From NCBI GenBank assembly GCA_963803435.1, contig CAWDML010000008.1, positions 1 to 64,000 on the forward strand: DNA of 64,000 nt, in the 5' to 3' direction. Positions 1 to 9,081 of the stretch are shown here, in pieces. The translations under genes and the position numbers were made by a program. Origin of the DNA: an uncultured delta proteobacterium. GTDB lineage: Bacteria; Myxococcota; Kuafuiibacteriia; Kuafuiibacteriales; Kuafuiibacteriaceae. The stretch's first letter is position 1; each line of letters begins with the position of its first letter. The notes under the pieces were generated by a model. That model worked only from the letters and a program-made list of their open reading frames with translations, was not told the origin of the DNA and ran no database searches.

Positions 1-1661
1 GTCGATCCGACCGCGCCTCCGGGTGGGGACGGATCGGCGGCGGCCCCCTTCGCGACGCTGGCCGAGGCGCTCGCTCGGGCTCCGCGAGGCGGCACGATCG
101 CCTTGTCCAAGGGAACGCACGCGGGCGACCAGACCATCGACGGCGTCGCGGTGATCGGATCTGCGCCGACGAGACCACGCTGACGGGTCAGATCACGATG
201 GCGGGCGCCTCGCGCCTCGAGGGGGTGTCGCTGTGGGCGGGCGCGGGCTCGGCGCTCCAGTTGGCCATCGGGGCCGACGCGGAGGTGTCGAAGGTTCGGG
301 TGACCGGACCGGGGCCGGCGGCGCTGATCGACCTGTCCAACGCGCGGTTCACCGGGCGCAACCTGGTGATGAGGAGCGCCGGAGCCCGGGGATTTGCGAT
401 GCTGTCGGGCGCGCAGCTGTCGCTGTACCACAGCGCGATCGAGACGGGCGGGGGCGCGCTCGTCACGTTCGATCCGGCGATGCTGTTCATCGACGACACC
501 GTGATCTCCGGAAGCACCGGAGCTGGTCTCACTGCTTCCGGCTCGATCACGATCCGGCGGTCGCTCTTCGCGGACAATCGCTGGTTCGGGCTCGAGATCT
601 CGTCCGGCCGGGCCGAGCTCTCGGATCTGGTCGTGCGCGATAGCGGGCAGGAGTTCGGCGGGGGGATCTCGCTTCAGAGCGTGACGGCCTCCGTCGCTCG
701 GATCCTGATCGAGCAGACCCATGAGCACGGTCTGCAGGTGGTCGGAGGAGACGTGACCATCGAGGATGCGATCGTGCGCGACCTGCTCCCGCTGCAACCG
801 CACGTCACCTCCGCGCCGGGCATCTCGGTGTTCAACGCGAGGATCGTCCTCACGCGGGCGCGGATCGAACAGGTCCACGGGCGCGGGATCGAGGTCTCCA
901 ACACCAGCGAGCGGGTCGAGATCCGCGACCTCTCGGTGGACGGCGTGGGCGACTCCGAGCAGGGGGCGGTGATGACCCAGGGCTTCGGAGTGACCCTGTT
1001 CAGTGCGGACGCCGCCATGACCCGCGTCGAGATCGCCAACGTGTACACCACCGGGATCTTTGCATCGGGCGGCACCGTCGAAATCGAAGATGCCGACGTG
1101 CACGACTCGATCAACGGCAACGGGATCGGGGCCGAGAACGTGGCCCATCTGAACCTGCGCGCGATCGCGCTCGAGCGAAACGGAGCTGCTGGGCTCTCGA
1201 TCGACGGGACGACGCAGGCGATCCTCGGTTCGATCGCGATCTCGGAGGGCGGCGCGGGCGCGGACTTCGGCAGCAGCACACACGTCGACGGTTCCCACCT
1301 TCAGGTACTGGGCACCTCGGGCTTCGGTCTGTGCGTGCGCGATCAGGCGGACGTGACGCTGTCGAGCGTCGAGATCGGCCAGGTGGTCGCCCGGGGAACG
1401 ATCGCGTGCAGGATCTCGAGTCCTCCGCCGGGCACGGGGATCGTGTTGAACGGGACGCCCTCGCTCGACCTGTCGGACTTCCGCCTGAAGGACAACGCCG
1501 CGCTGGGCATCCTGGTCAATCGCGATGCCTCCACCACGATCGGCGACGGCGAGATCCTCGGGAGCTTCGTCGGCGTTCAGCTCGATCCAGAGGTCGACCC
1601 GACGAGTGTGATGGTGCGTGTTCGCTATCAGGACAACCGCAGCAACTTCGAGGTGTACTGA
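1..1661 (+). CDS. Right-handed parallel beta-helix repeat protein, 5' truncated by the window edge, apparent frameshift near 158
   Basis: ORF 198-1661 has repeated beta-helix-like strands (GLEISSG, GISLQSV, GISVFNA, GIEVSNT). Frame +1 from base 1 reads VDPTAPPGGDGSAAAPFATLAEALARAPRGGTIALSKG, a typical lead-in, and joins frame +3 near 158. Confidence 0.7.
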   Translation, partial: RSDRASGWGRIGGGPLRDAGRGARSGSARRHDRLVQGNARGRPDHRRRRGDRICADETTLTGQITMAGASRLEGVSLWAGAGSALQLAIGADAEVSKVRVTGPGPAALIDLSNARFTGRNLVMRSAGARGFAMLSGAQLSLYHSAIETGGGALVTFDPAMLFIDDTVISGSTGAGLTASGSITIRRSLFADNRWFGLEISSGRAELSDLVVRDSGQEFGGGISLQSVTASVARILIEQTHEHGLQVVGGDVTIEDAIVRDLLPLQPHVTSAPGISVFNARIVLTRARIEQVHGRGIEVSNTSERVEIRDLSVDGVGDSEQGAVMTQGFGVTLFSADAAMTRVEIANVYTTGIFASGGTVEIEDADVHDSINGNGIGAENVAHLNLRAIALERNGAAGLSIDGTTQAILGSIAISEGGAGADFGSSTHVDGSHLQVLGTSGFGLCVRDQADVTLSSVEIGQVVARGTIACRISSPPPGTGIVLNGTPSLDLSDFRLKDNAALGILVNRDASTTIGDGEILGSFVGVQLDPEVDPTSVMVRVRYQDNRSNFEVY

Positions 1662-2581
1662 TGGTTCCGGTGACGATCGTGACGGGCTCCCTGGGCGCCG
1701 GCAAGACGACGCTGGTGAATCATCTCTTGTCTTCGCAGCCGGAGCGGCGGATCGGGGTGCTGGTCAACGACTTCGGCGAGGTCGGGATCGACAGTCGCCT
1801 GATCGTCGGTGCGGCCGGTGACGTCGTGTCGCTCACCAACGGATGTATCTGCTGCAGCATGAGGAACGACGTGGTGCAGGCCGTCTTGCGGGTCCTCGAA
1901 GGCGGCGCCGGGAAGGCCGTACCTGAGCATCTGCTCGTCGAGGCCAGCGGGATCTCGAATCCGGGCGCGCTCGCCGAGATTTTCCTGGGGCTTGAGAAGA
2001 ACCGCGTGCTCCGGCTGGACGGGATAGCCGCCATCGTCGACGTGGAGCGCTTCCCGTACGACTCGCTGAAGACGGAGCCGCTGGCCCGCGATCAGGTGCT
2101 GGCGTCGGACCTGGTCGTGCTCAACAAGATCGATCTCGTCGATGCCGAACGGATCGATCGGATCGAGTCCGCGATCCGATCCCGCGTGCCACATGCGCGC
2201 CTGGTTCGCACCTCCCGGGCGCAGCTACCGCCGGAGGTGTTACTCGGCTTGGGCGGTGCGCGGGGGCTGCTCGACGGGCATGCCTCCGAGGTCCATCACG
2301 GCTTTCGAACGTTCACCTTCACGGCGGAGCGGCTGTCGTTCAAGCGCCTCGCGGAGACGATCCGCGGCTTTCCTCCCGCGGTGGTCCGCGTGAAGGGGTT
2401 GATCGCGGTCTACGAGCGGCCCGGCGATCGGCTCGCCCTCAACGCGGTCGGCGCGCGCGTGCACGTGGAGACGATCGCCCGCGGCGTGGACCCTCGGTCC
2501 GAGATCGTGGTGATCGGAACCGGTGATGGCTTCGACGAGGAAGCGCTCCGCGGGTCGCTTGCGTTCTGCGCTCAGCCCTAG
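1661..2581 (+). CDS. CobW/COG0523-family G3E GTPase (metal chaperone)
   Basis: VTIVTGSLGAGKTT P-loop, VNDFGEVGID, GCICC, VEASG, LNKIDL and C-terminal RVKG. ATG at 1661 overlaps the upstream TGA. Confidence 0.92.
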   Translation: MVPVTIVTGSLGAGKTTLVNHLLSSQPERRIGVLVNDFGEVGIDSRLIVGAAGDVVSLTNGCICCSMRNDVVQAVLRVLEGGAGKAVPEHLLVEASGISNPGALAEIFLGLEKNRVLRLDGIAAIVDVERFPYDSLKTEPLARDQVLASDLVVLNKIDLVDAERIDRIESAIRSRVPHARLVRTSRAQLPPEVLLGLGGARGLLDGHASEVHHGFRTFTFTAERLSFKRLAETIRGFPPAVVRVKGLIAVYERPGDRLALNAVGARVHVETIARGVDPRSEIVVIGTGDGFDEEALRGSLAFCAQP

Positions 2582-2623
2582 ACAAAAGCGCAAAGCTGTC
2601 CGGAAAGTGAGGCCCGCGTATCA

Positions 2624-4102
2624 TTGTGGGCGTTGGTTCGAACCATCAGCGGCCTCCTCTGCCTCGGCTGGCTCACGGGTTGCGTCTTCGAGGCACCGGC
2701 CGCCAGCGGTGGTGAGGACCCGAGCTCCGACCCCACCGAGCTGGGCCCGAAGGACGGGGCGGTCGAGGCCGGGGACGACGCGCGCGCGATGAGCGCCGAC
2801 GCGGCCGACGCCGGGGCGCTGGACGACGAGCTGCCCGACGCCGAGACGGATCCGGAGGCAGGTACAGAGCCCGACGCGGCGATCGTGTGCCCTGCGGGCT
2901 CTGACTTTTGCGACGGACGCTGGCGGATCAGCTGCAACGAGCTCGGCAACGGCATCGTGGAGGGCTCGCAGGTGGAGTGCAACTTCACCTGCGTCGCAGG
3001 CGAGTGCGTGGCTGCCAGCAACCTGGATCCGACGACCTACTCGGCCTGCGATGGGAGCGCGCCGGCGCTGACCCCGGTCGCCGGAGCGACGATCACGATC
3101 GACTCGGTCTCGATCGCCTGCACGCCCAACTGCGGAGATCCTCAGATCACCGCGCTCTCTCCGGCCGGCAGCGTCTCGCAGCAACAGGGGCCGTCGCTCG
3201 CCTGGTACTGCCTCTCGCGCGTGGATCTTTCGCCGGGGACCGTGGTGGTGGCCGGCGCCAACGTGTCGGATCCGGTGGCCTTGCTCGTCGACGGCGAGGT
3301 CACGGTGGACGGACGCATCGCGCTGGTCGGGGCCGACGCCATCAACACGACGGCCGGCGCGGCCGGCCTGGGGGGCGGCGCAGGCGGTCCGCTCAGCAAC
3401 GGCAACGGCATGAACGGCCGGGGTCCGTGCCCCGGCTCGGGCGGGTCCCGCGCCGGCAACCCACAGGGGTATGGTGCGGGCGGCGGTGCCGGCGGCGGGT
3501 TCGGCGGTGGAGGCGGCGCCGGCGGTGACGGTCGCAGCGGCAACAACTTCGTCACGGGCCAGGGCGGGGAAGGCAGCGACGCATGCGCCCCGGAGGCGCT
3601 GAGCCCGCTCGTCGGCGGCTCGGGCGGCGGGGCCGGAGCGGACGGCAACTGTATCGGCAGCTGCGGATGGCCCGGCGGCGGCGGCGGCGGCGCGATTCAG
3701 ATCTCGAGCCGATCCTCGATCCGGATCGTCGGCGTGATCGATGTATCTGGAGGCGACGGCTACGGGGTGCAAAACGGCGGCGGCGCGTCGGGCGGCGGCG
3801 GAGGCGGCGGGAGCGGAGGCGCGATCCTCCTCGAGGCTCCCGTGCTGGGCATCGCGGGTGCTCTGATCGTCGACGGCGGCAACGGGGGCTCCAGCGGGGC
3901 CGGTGCGGGTGGAAGCGGCGCCGCCGGCGGCGCGATCGACGGGACCAACGGCGGCGACTTCCAGGGGCCGGGGCAGGGTGGCCGCGGCGGCGGGGGCGGC
4001 GCCGGGCGCGTTCGGCTCAACCACTCGAACGACGGGCCGATGTGCGGCATGGTCAGTCCCGCGGGCACGTGCGTGGACGCGAACCTGAGTCCGGACGAGT
4101 GA
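2624..4102 (+). CDS. Glycine-rich secreted lipoprotein
   Basis: Lipobox-like LTGC after a hydrophobic N-terminus, a Cys-containing segment, then GGGGGGAIQI / GGSGGAILLE / GGAGRVRL glycine-rich repeats. Confidence 0.75.
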   Translation: MWALVRTISGLLCLGWLTGCVFEAPAASGGEDPSSDPTELGPKDGAVEAGDDARAMSADAADAGALDDELPDAETDPEAGTEPDAAIVCPAGSDFCDGRWRISCNELGNGIVEGSQVECNFTCVAGECVAASNLDPTTYSACDGSAPALTPVAGATITIDSVSIACTPNCGDPQITALSPAGSVSQQQGPSLAWYCLSRVDLSPGTVVVAGANVSDPVALLVDGEVTVDGRIALVGADAINTTAGAAGLGGGAGGPLSNGNGMNGRGPCPGSGGSRAGNPQGYGAGGGAGGGFGGGGGAGGDGRSGNNFVTGQGGEGSDACAPEALSPLVGGSGGGAGADGNCIGSCGWPGGGGGGAIQISSRSSIRIVGVIDVSGGDGYGVQNGGGASGGGGGGGSGGAILLEAPVLGIAGALIVDGGNGGSSGAGAGGSGAAGGAIDGTNGGDFQGPGQGGRGGGGGAGRVRLNHSNDGPMCGMVSPAGTCVDANLSPDE

Positions 4103-4105
4103 GCG

Positions 4106-5374
4106 TCACGCGATCGAATCGAGCGAGCGGAGCTCCTCGAGGAGCTGGCGGGCCTGTGCGTGGTCCGGCTCGAGGCGCAGCGCCTCCTCGAGCTCGGCGA
4201 TGGCCGCCTGGCGGCTCCCCTGGTTGTTCTTGCAGGCCGCCAGGTAGACGCGCACCTGCGCCCGATCCGGCGCCACCTCGACCGCGTGCTCGAGCAGCCC
4301 GCGCGCGGCCACGTATCGATCCTGGCGCATCCGGATCAGGCCGAGCGCCGCCAGCGCCGGGCCGTTGTCCGGATCGACGGTGAGGGCGCGCTCCAGATCG
4401 GACTCGGCCTTCTCGAGCTCGCCGAGCTCGAGCAGTGCCGCGCCCCTGTTGGCAAGGATCACCGGGTGATCCGCCGCGATCGCGTTCATCTGGTCGAGCA
4501 CGCGTATCTGCGCGCTCCAGAGGGCGAGCTCGCCGAGGGCGATCCGCGCCTCTTCGAGCTCGTTGAGATCGACGGTCCCACTGGCGAGGATGGTCTCGAT
4601 GACGCGGTCGCGAGCCGCGACCTCGCGCGCCGCATGATAGAGCCGGACCAGCGCGGACTTCGGCCCGATCTTGCTCGGCCGCAGCGCCGTCCACAGCTCG
4701 GCGCGCTCGATCGCCAGGTCGAACTGTCCGGACGCCCCCAGGCTCGCGATCTCTTGCTCGATCCAATGGTCGGACAGCACGGTCACGTCCTCAGCGCCGG
4801 CGGGCTCGGGCGATTCGGGAGGCTCGCCCAGCGAGGACGAGCCCCTCTTCCATTCAGTATAAAGCGGAGTCTCCTCCCAGCCGGCGTCGCCGCGCAGCGG
4901 ATTGTCCTCCGTCTCGGGGACGCGGCGGGCGTCGGAGAGCGCCGCCGCCATCCGTTCGAGCGCCTTCGCGGCGGGCTCGACGCCTCCCCAGGGCCCGGCG
5001 TTCTCCCGCAGCCAGGCGTCGAAGCGCGGGGTCTCGTGAAAGGCGGCCGCGTCGTCGAAAGCGGGGACCGGCAGGATGGTGGCCCGATCCGTGTGGGCGA
5101 GGAGACCTCGGCGCCACAGATCGATGCGATGAAACCGTTCGACGCCGCGCCGCTCCGGCTCGGGGACGCCGAGCGAGAGCGCGTGCCGGGTCGCCAGCGT
5201 CCCCAGCGGATCCTCGTTCACCTCGAGGATCAGTCGGGCCAGCACGGTCAGGGCGAGGCCGCACCGCGGATCGAGCTCGAGCGCGGCGAGGGCCAGCCAG
5301 GCCGCGTCTTTGCCCATGCCGCTGTCGAGCTGATGCCGGGCATGGCGGGCCAAACGGAGCGCGTCGTCGCTCAT
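4106..5374 (-). CDS. Tetratricopeptide-repeat protein
   Basis: C-terminal TPRs (ILANRGAALLELGELEKAESDLERALTVDPDN; ALAALGLIRMRQDRY). Start placed at MSDDALRL. Confidence 0.8.
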   Translation of the reverse strand: MSDDALRLARHARHQLDSGMGKDAAWLALAALELDPRCGLALTVLARLILEVNEDPLGTLATRHALSLGVPEPERRGVERFHRIDLWRRGLLAHTDRATILPVPAFDDAAAFHETPRFDAWLRENAGPWGGVEPAAKALERMAAALSDARRVPETEDNPLRGDAGWEETPLYTEWKRGSSSLGEPPESPEPAGAEDVTVLSDHWIEQEIASLGASGQFDLAIERAELWTALRPSKIGPKSALVRLYHAAREVAARDRVIETILASGTVDLNELEEARIALGELALWSAQIRVLDQMNAIAADHPVILANRGAALLELGELEKAESDLERALTVDPDNGPALAALGLIRMRQDRYVAARGLLEHAVEVAPDRAQVRVYLAACKNNQGSRQAAIAELEEALRLEPDHAQARQLLEELRSLDSIA

Positions 5375-5399
5375 GACGGGAGCATGCCACGCGCGAGGG

Positions 5400-5448
5400 A
5401 TGTCCGTCCGGAACGTCCGGACGTCCGGGCGTCCGGGCGGACACCGGG
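5400..5448. repeat. Short imperfect GTCCGG(A/G)C tandem repeat in a divergent intergenic region
   Basis: tgtccgtccggaacgtccggacgtccgggcgtccgggcggacaccggg read directly. Confidence 0.6.
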
Positions 5449-5508
5449 CCGAAGCCGTGAGATCCTCGCGACGCCGCCGTTGGCATCGGTGCTGCTCCAT
5501 GCCTGGCC

Positions 5509-5754
5509 ATGACCTTCGAGCTGGCCCGTCTGTCCCGTCGAGACCTCGAGGCCCTGGTGGCCCTCAAGCTGGTCGAGGAGGTCGGCACGAGCGTCGAGTC
5601 GGCGCGCGCGCTGCTGAGAAAGGTGGACGAGGGCTGGATGCGACGCTTTCTCGCCAGCGGCCCGCCGGCCATCGGGTCCGAGCCGCTCGGCGTGGCGGTC
5701 CTCGGTCGAGCCCGCTTGACGGCGCCGGGCGGGTGCGCGACGGACGCCGCATGA
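5509..5754 (+). CDS. Small hypothetical protein
   Basis: 81 aa ORF with host-like codon use. Its stop overlaps the next ATG (ATGA at 5751). Confidence 0.5.
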   Translation: MTFELARLSRRDLEALVALKLVEEVGTSVESARALLRKVDEGWMRRFLASGPPAIGSEPLGVAVLGRARLTAPGGCATDAA

Positions 5755-6416
5755 AGGCGATCGAGGTCGGCGGCGTCACGGTCGAGCTCGCGGTGGACGA
5801 CGTCGCGGTCGGCGCAGTGGTCGCCCGCGGGTGTCGGGTCGAGCCGGCCCCGGAGGCGCTCGACGCGGCGCTCACGGCGGCGATCGCGCAGGCGCCCGAC
5901 GACGAGCAGGTGCGCAAGGCGGTGCGGGATCTGCTGCGGCACGGCAAGTACAAGCCGACCGGGCGCGGCAAGCCGGCCTGCGAATATCTCCTGAACGCCG
6001 CGCGCGAGGGACGGTTCCCGCGCATCAACAACCTGGTCGACATCAACAACCTGGTCTCGCTGGCGAGCCAGCTCCCGATCTCGCTGATCGACCTGAGGCT
6101 CGCCGGCGCCGATCGCTTTCGCGTGCGGCGCGGCCGGGCCGGCGAGAGCTACGTCTTCAACCCCGGAGGGCAGCGGATCGAGCTGGAGGATCTACTGCTG
6201 GTGGCACACCTGCCGCCGGACACCGCGTGCGCGAACCCGGTGAAGGACTCGATGGCGACCAAGCTGGTCGACGCCTCCACCGACGTCCTGGCGGTGCTGT
6301 ACGCGCCCGTCACGCTCGAGGAGCCGCTCACGGCGGCGACCCGTCACTTCGCGGAGTCGCTCTTGGCCTGGGGCGGAGCGCCGGCGGCCTTCGGCGTGCT
6401 GAGCACGCGCCAGTAG
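5751..6416 (+). CDS. Stand-alone B3/B4 (PheT editing-like) domain protein
   Basis: YKPTGRGKPACEYL, FPRINNLVDINNLVSL and PISLID motifs typical of B3/4 proteins. Confidence 0.85.
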   Translation: MKAIEVGGVTVELAVDDVAVGAVVARGCRVEPAPEALDAALTAAIAQAPDDEQVRKAVRDLLRHGKYKPTGRGKPACEYLLNAAREGRFPRINNLVDINNLVSLASQLPISLIDLRLAGADRFRVRRGRAGESYVFNPGGQRIELEDLLLVAHLPPDTACANPVKDSMATKLVDASTDVLAVLYAPVTLEEPLTAATRHFAESLLAWGGAPAAFGVLSTRQ

Positions 6417-6484
6417 CAGTAGCCCGCCAGGCCCCATACGCACGTCAGCGAGAGGAGCATGAAGATCCATCCACCGGTCGTCAT
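6344..6484 (-). CDS. Small single-TM protein, probable accessory subunit of the NSS transporter
   Basis: MTTGGWIFMLLSLTCVWGLAGYCYWRVL. ATG overlaps the stop of the NSS gene. Confidence 0.6.
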   Translation of the reverse strand: MTTGGWIFMLLSLTCVWGLAGYCYWRVLSTPKAAGAPPQAKSDSAK

Positions 6485-8058
6485 GAGTCCGCCTCCTGGT
6501 CCGCCTCTGCCAGCGTTCGCTCGGCCCAGCGCTTCTCGCCCAGCTTCGTGATCGTCACGAGCCCAGCCATCACCGCCGCGATCAAGACGATCGTCCACAG
6601 CTCGACCGGATCGGCGGCGATCGTCCGCACGTGGTCGGGCAGGTTCTGGATCGAGAATCCCACGAACACGATCAGCAGGTAGGCCGGTGCGATCCATTTG
6701 ATCACGAAGCGGAACAGCCGCGGGATCTGCATCTCGGCGCCCTCGTGCGCCTCCTTCATGCCCTGATCGATCCCGAGCACCCAGCCGAAGCAGATGATCT
6801 GGACCCCTGCCAGCACGAAGATCGCGAACGTCCCGATCCAGAAGTCCATCGTGCCCAGCGCGGTGAGCCCCTTGCTGAACCAGATCGTCCAGAACGAGCC
6901 CAGGGCGGCCGGGATCGCCAGGAGCGCGACCGCTCGACCGCCCGAGACGCCGAGCGCCTCATGAAGGAATGCCTTCAAGGGCTGGAGCATCGAGAGCGAG
7001 GACGTGATCGCAGCCAGGAAGAGCATGAAGAACCAGACGGCGCCGATCCAGCGCCCGGCGCCTCCCATCTGGGTGAAGACGACCGGCAGCGTCTGGAAGC
7101 CGAGGCTGAAGGTGCCGCCCACCGTGCCGCTGGCGCCGAGGAAGACGAACGCCGCAGTGATGGTGATCAGCCCTCCGAAGCCGACCTCGAACAGCTCGTT
7201 GGTGGCGGAGGCGGTCAGGCCGGAGAGCACGACGTCGTCCTTCTTCCGCAGATAGGACGCGTAGTTGATGATCACGCCGAACCCGACCGAGAGGCTGAAG
7301 AAGATCTGGCCGGCGGCGGCCAGCCAGGTGTCGAAGTTGGTGAGCTTCGAGAAGTCCGGATTCCACATGAACCCGAGACCATTGAGGACGCTGCGCTCGG
7401 GGTGGCTGGGATCGGGCGTGCCGAGCGTGAGGACGCGGATCAGCACGATGAGCGCGCAGACGGCCATCGCCGGCATCGCCCACCGGCAGAACAGCTCGAT
7501 GCCGCCCGAGAGGCCGCGGTACACGAACCAGAGGTTGAGGGCGAAGACGATCAACCAGAAGACCACGGCCGGATCGAGACCGCCGTGGAGGATGACGCCG
7601 TTCTGCTCAATCCCCGAGAAGTGTCCGAAGAGCTGGCTCGAGTTTGCCGCGTACTGGGCGGGATCGCTCCCGAGATCGATGCTCCCGCTGAGGTACTCCC
7701 AGGCGTAGCGCAGGCACCAGGACTCGATCAGGCCGTAGTACATGTACACGACCAAAGGGATCAGCAGCCCCAGCACGCCGAGGTAGCGCGCGATCGATCC
7801 CTTGCCGACGAGGCCCAGGACGGCGGGAGCGGAGTGGAGCCCGCGGCGTCCCCCGTATCGGCCCATCGCCCACTCGGCCCAGCCGATCGGGATGCCGAGG
7901 AAGATCAGCGCACAGAAGTACGGGATCATGAAGGCGCCGCCGCCGTTGGCGACTGCAGTTCCAGGGAAGCGGAGAAAGTTACCGAGCCCGACGGCGGATC
8001 CCGCGACTGCGAGAATGACGCCGATGCGCGAGCCCCAACCTTCTTTGTTTTCACTCAT
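6481..8058 (-). CDS. Sodium-dependent transporter, neurotransmitter:sodium symporter (NSS/SNF) family
   Basis: WGSRIGVILAVAGSAVGLGNFLRFP, GGGAFMIPY, QIFFSLSVGFG and FLAAITSS signature motifs; many TM helices. Confidence 0.95.
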   Translation of the reverse strand: MSENKEGWGSRIGVILAVAGSAVGLGNFLRFPGTAVANGGGAFMIPYFCALIFLGIPIGWAEWAMGRYGGRRGLHSAPAVLGLVGKGSIARYLGVLGLLIPLVVYMYYGLIESWCLRYAWEYLSGSIDLGSDPAQYAANSSQLFGHFSGIEQNGVILHGGLDPAVVFWLIVFALNLWFVYRGLSGGIELFCRWAMPAMAVCALIVLIRVLTLGTPDPSHPERSVLNGLGFMWNPDFSKLTNFDTWLAAAGQIFFSLSVGFGVIINYASYLRKKDDVVLSGLTASATNELFEVGFGGLITITAAFVFLGASGTVGGTFSLGFQTLPVVFTQMGGAGRWIGAVWFFMLFLAAITSSLSMLQPLKAFLHEALGVSGGRAVALLAIPAALGSFWTIWFSKGLTALGTMDFWIGTFAIFVLAGVQIICFGWVLGIDQGMKEAHEGAEMQIPRLFRFVIKWIAPAYLLIVFVGFSIQNLPDHVRTIAADPVELWTIVLIAAVMAGLVTITKLGEKRWAERTLAEADQEADS

Positions 8059-8069
8059 GCGGTTCAACC

Positions 8070-8990
8070 TCACCGAGGGTTGAAGGTGGAATTGGACTTC
8101 AGCTTGTTCCACAACTCGCGCTCCGCGTCGCTGGTGTTCTGTGGAATCACGAGCCGAAGGACGATGTAGAGATCGCCGGGCTGTCCTTCGCGGCCCGGTT
8201 TGAGCGGGATGCCTTGCCCGCGAAGCCGGAGGCGCCGCCCGCTGCTGGTCCCCTCCGGGATCTTGAGCTTGAGCGTCCCCCCCGGCGCTTCGAAGTCGAT
8301 CGTCTCGCCGAGCGCCGCCTCCCAGGGGGCGATGGCGAGCTCCATGGTCACGTCGCGTCCGTCGATCGTGTACCGGGGGTCCTCGTCGAAGCTGAGGACC
8401 ACCACGATGCTGGGATCCTTCAGCTTCAGACGGTCACCGGTCTTCGCCCCCTTCGGGATCTTGATCTTCAGCTTCTTCACCTCGAGGCCGTTGGGCCCCG
8501 GGAGATCGACGGAGATGTTGAGATTGGTCCCGGTGTAGGAGTGCGCGAGCGGGATGGAGAGCGATACCTCGGGCTCGTCCTTCTTCTTCCGCCGGGCCTG
8601 CTCGCGGCGGAGGAAGAAGTCGAACGGGTTCTTGAACTCGTCCGGCTCGACGTTGATGTCCTCGAAGCGGACGCCGCCGTTCGGGGGGCGGGGGCTCGGT
8701 CGGGGACCAGTCCGCGGGCGCGGCGGGGTCTGAGGCCTTTTGTCACCGCGGCGGCGCGATGCGCCTCGAATCCCGAAGGCGTCGTACCGGGCGCGCTTGC
8801 CCTCGTCCTTCAGGATCGCGTACGCCGCGTTCAGCCGCTTGAACTGCTCTTCGGCTTCGGGCGCCTTGTTCACGTCTGGGTGGAGCTCCCGCGCTTTCCG
8901 CTTGAATGCGGCCTGAATGTCGGCATGGTTGGCCGTGCTCGGCACACCGAGGATCTCGTACAGGTTCTCTTCCTCCTCGATCTGGGCCAT
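8070..8990 (-). CDS. DnaJ-class co-chaperone without zinc finger (CbpA-like)
   Basis: J domain YEILGV...LHPDVNK...AYAIL...RARYD; C-terminal APWEAALG...LRLRGQGIP...GDLY. Confidence 0.93.
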   Translation of the reverse strand: MAQIEEEENLYEILGVPSTANHADIQAAFKRKARELHPDVNKAPEAEEQFKRLNAAYAILKDEGKRARYDAFGIRGASRRRGDKRPQTPPRPRTGPRPSPRPPNGGVRFEDINVEPDEFKNPFDFFLRREQARRKKKDEPEVSLSIPLAHSYTGTNLNISVDLPGPNGLEVKKLKIKIPKGAKTGDRLKLKDPSIVVVLSFDEDPRYTIDGRDVTMELAIAPWEAALGETIDFEAPGGTLKLKIPEGTSSGRRLRLRGQGIPLKPGREGQPGDLYIVLRLVIPQNTSDAERELWNKLKSNSTFNPR

Positions 8991-9081
8991 CCCGACTCGG
9001 GGCGCACTGTATCAGGCCACCGCTCAATTGACATCAAGTCAGGCGGCCCGGAACATCCCTGCGCCGATGCGACGCCCCGGA

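Noticed and set aside
3350-4010. GGC-rich DNA repeats
   Set aside because: Explained by the glycine-rich coding sequence.
5400-5448. Possible CRISPR array (also 47428-47470)
   Set aside because: Units are 4-8 bp with no spacers, and no cas genes are seen.
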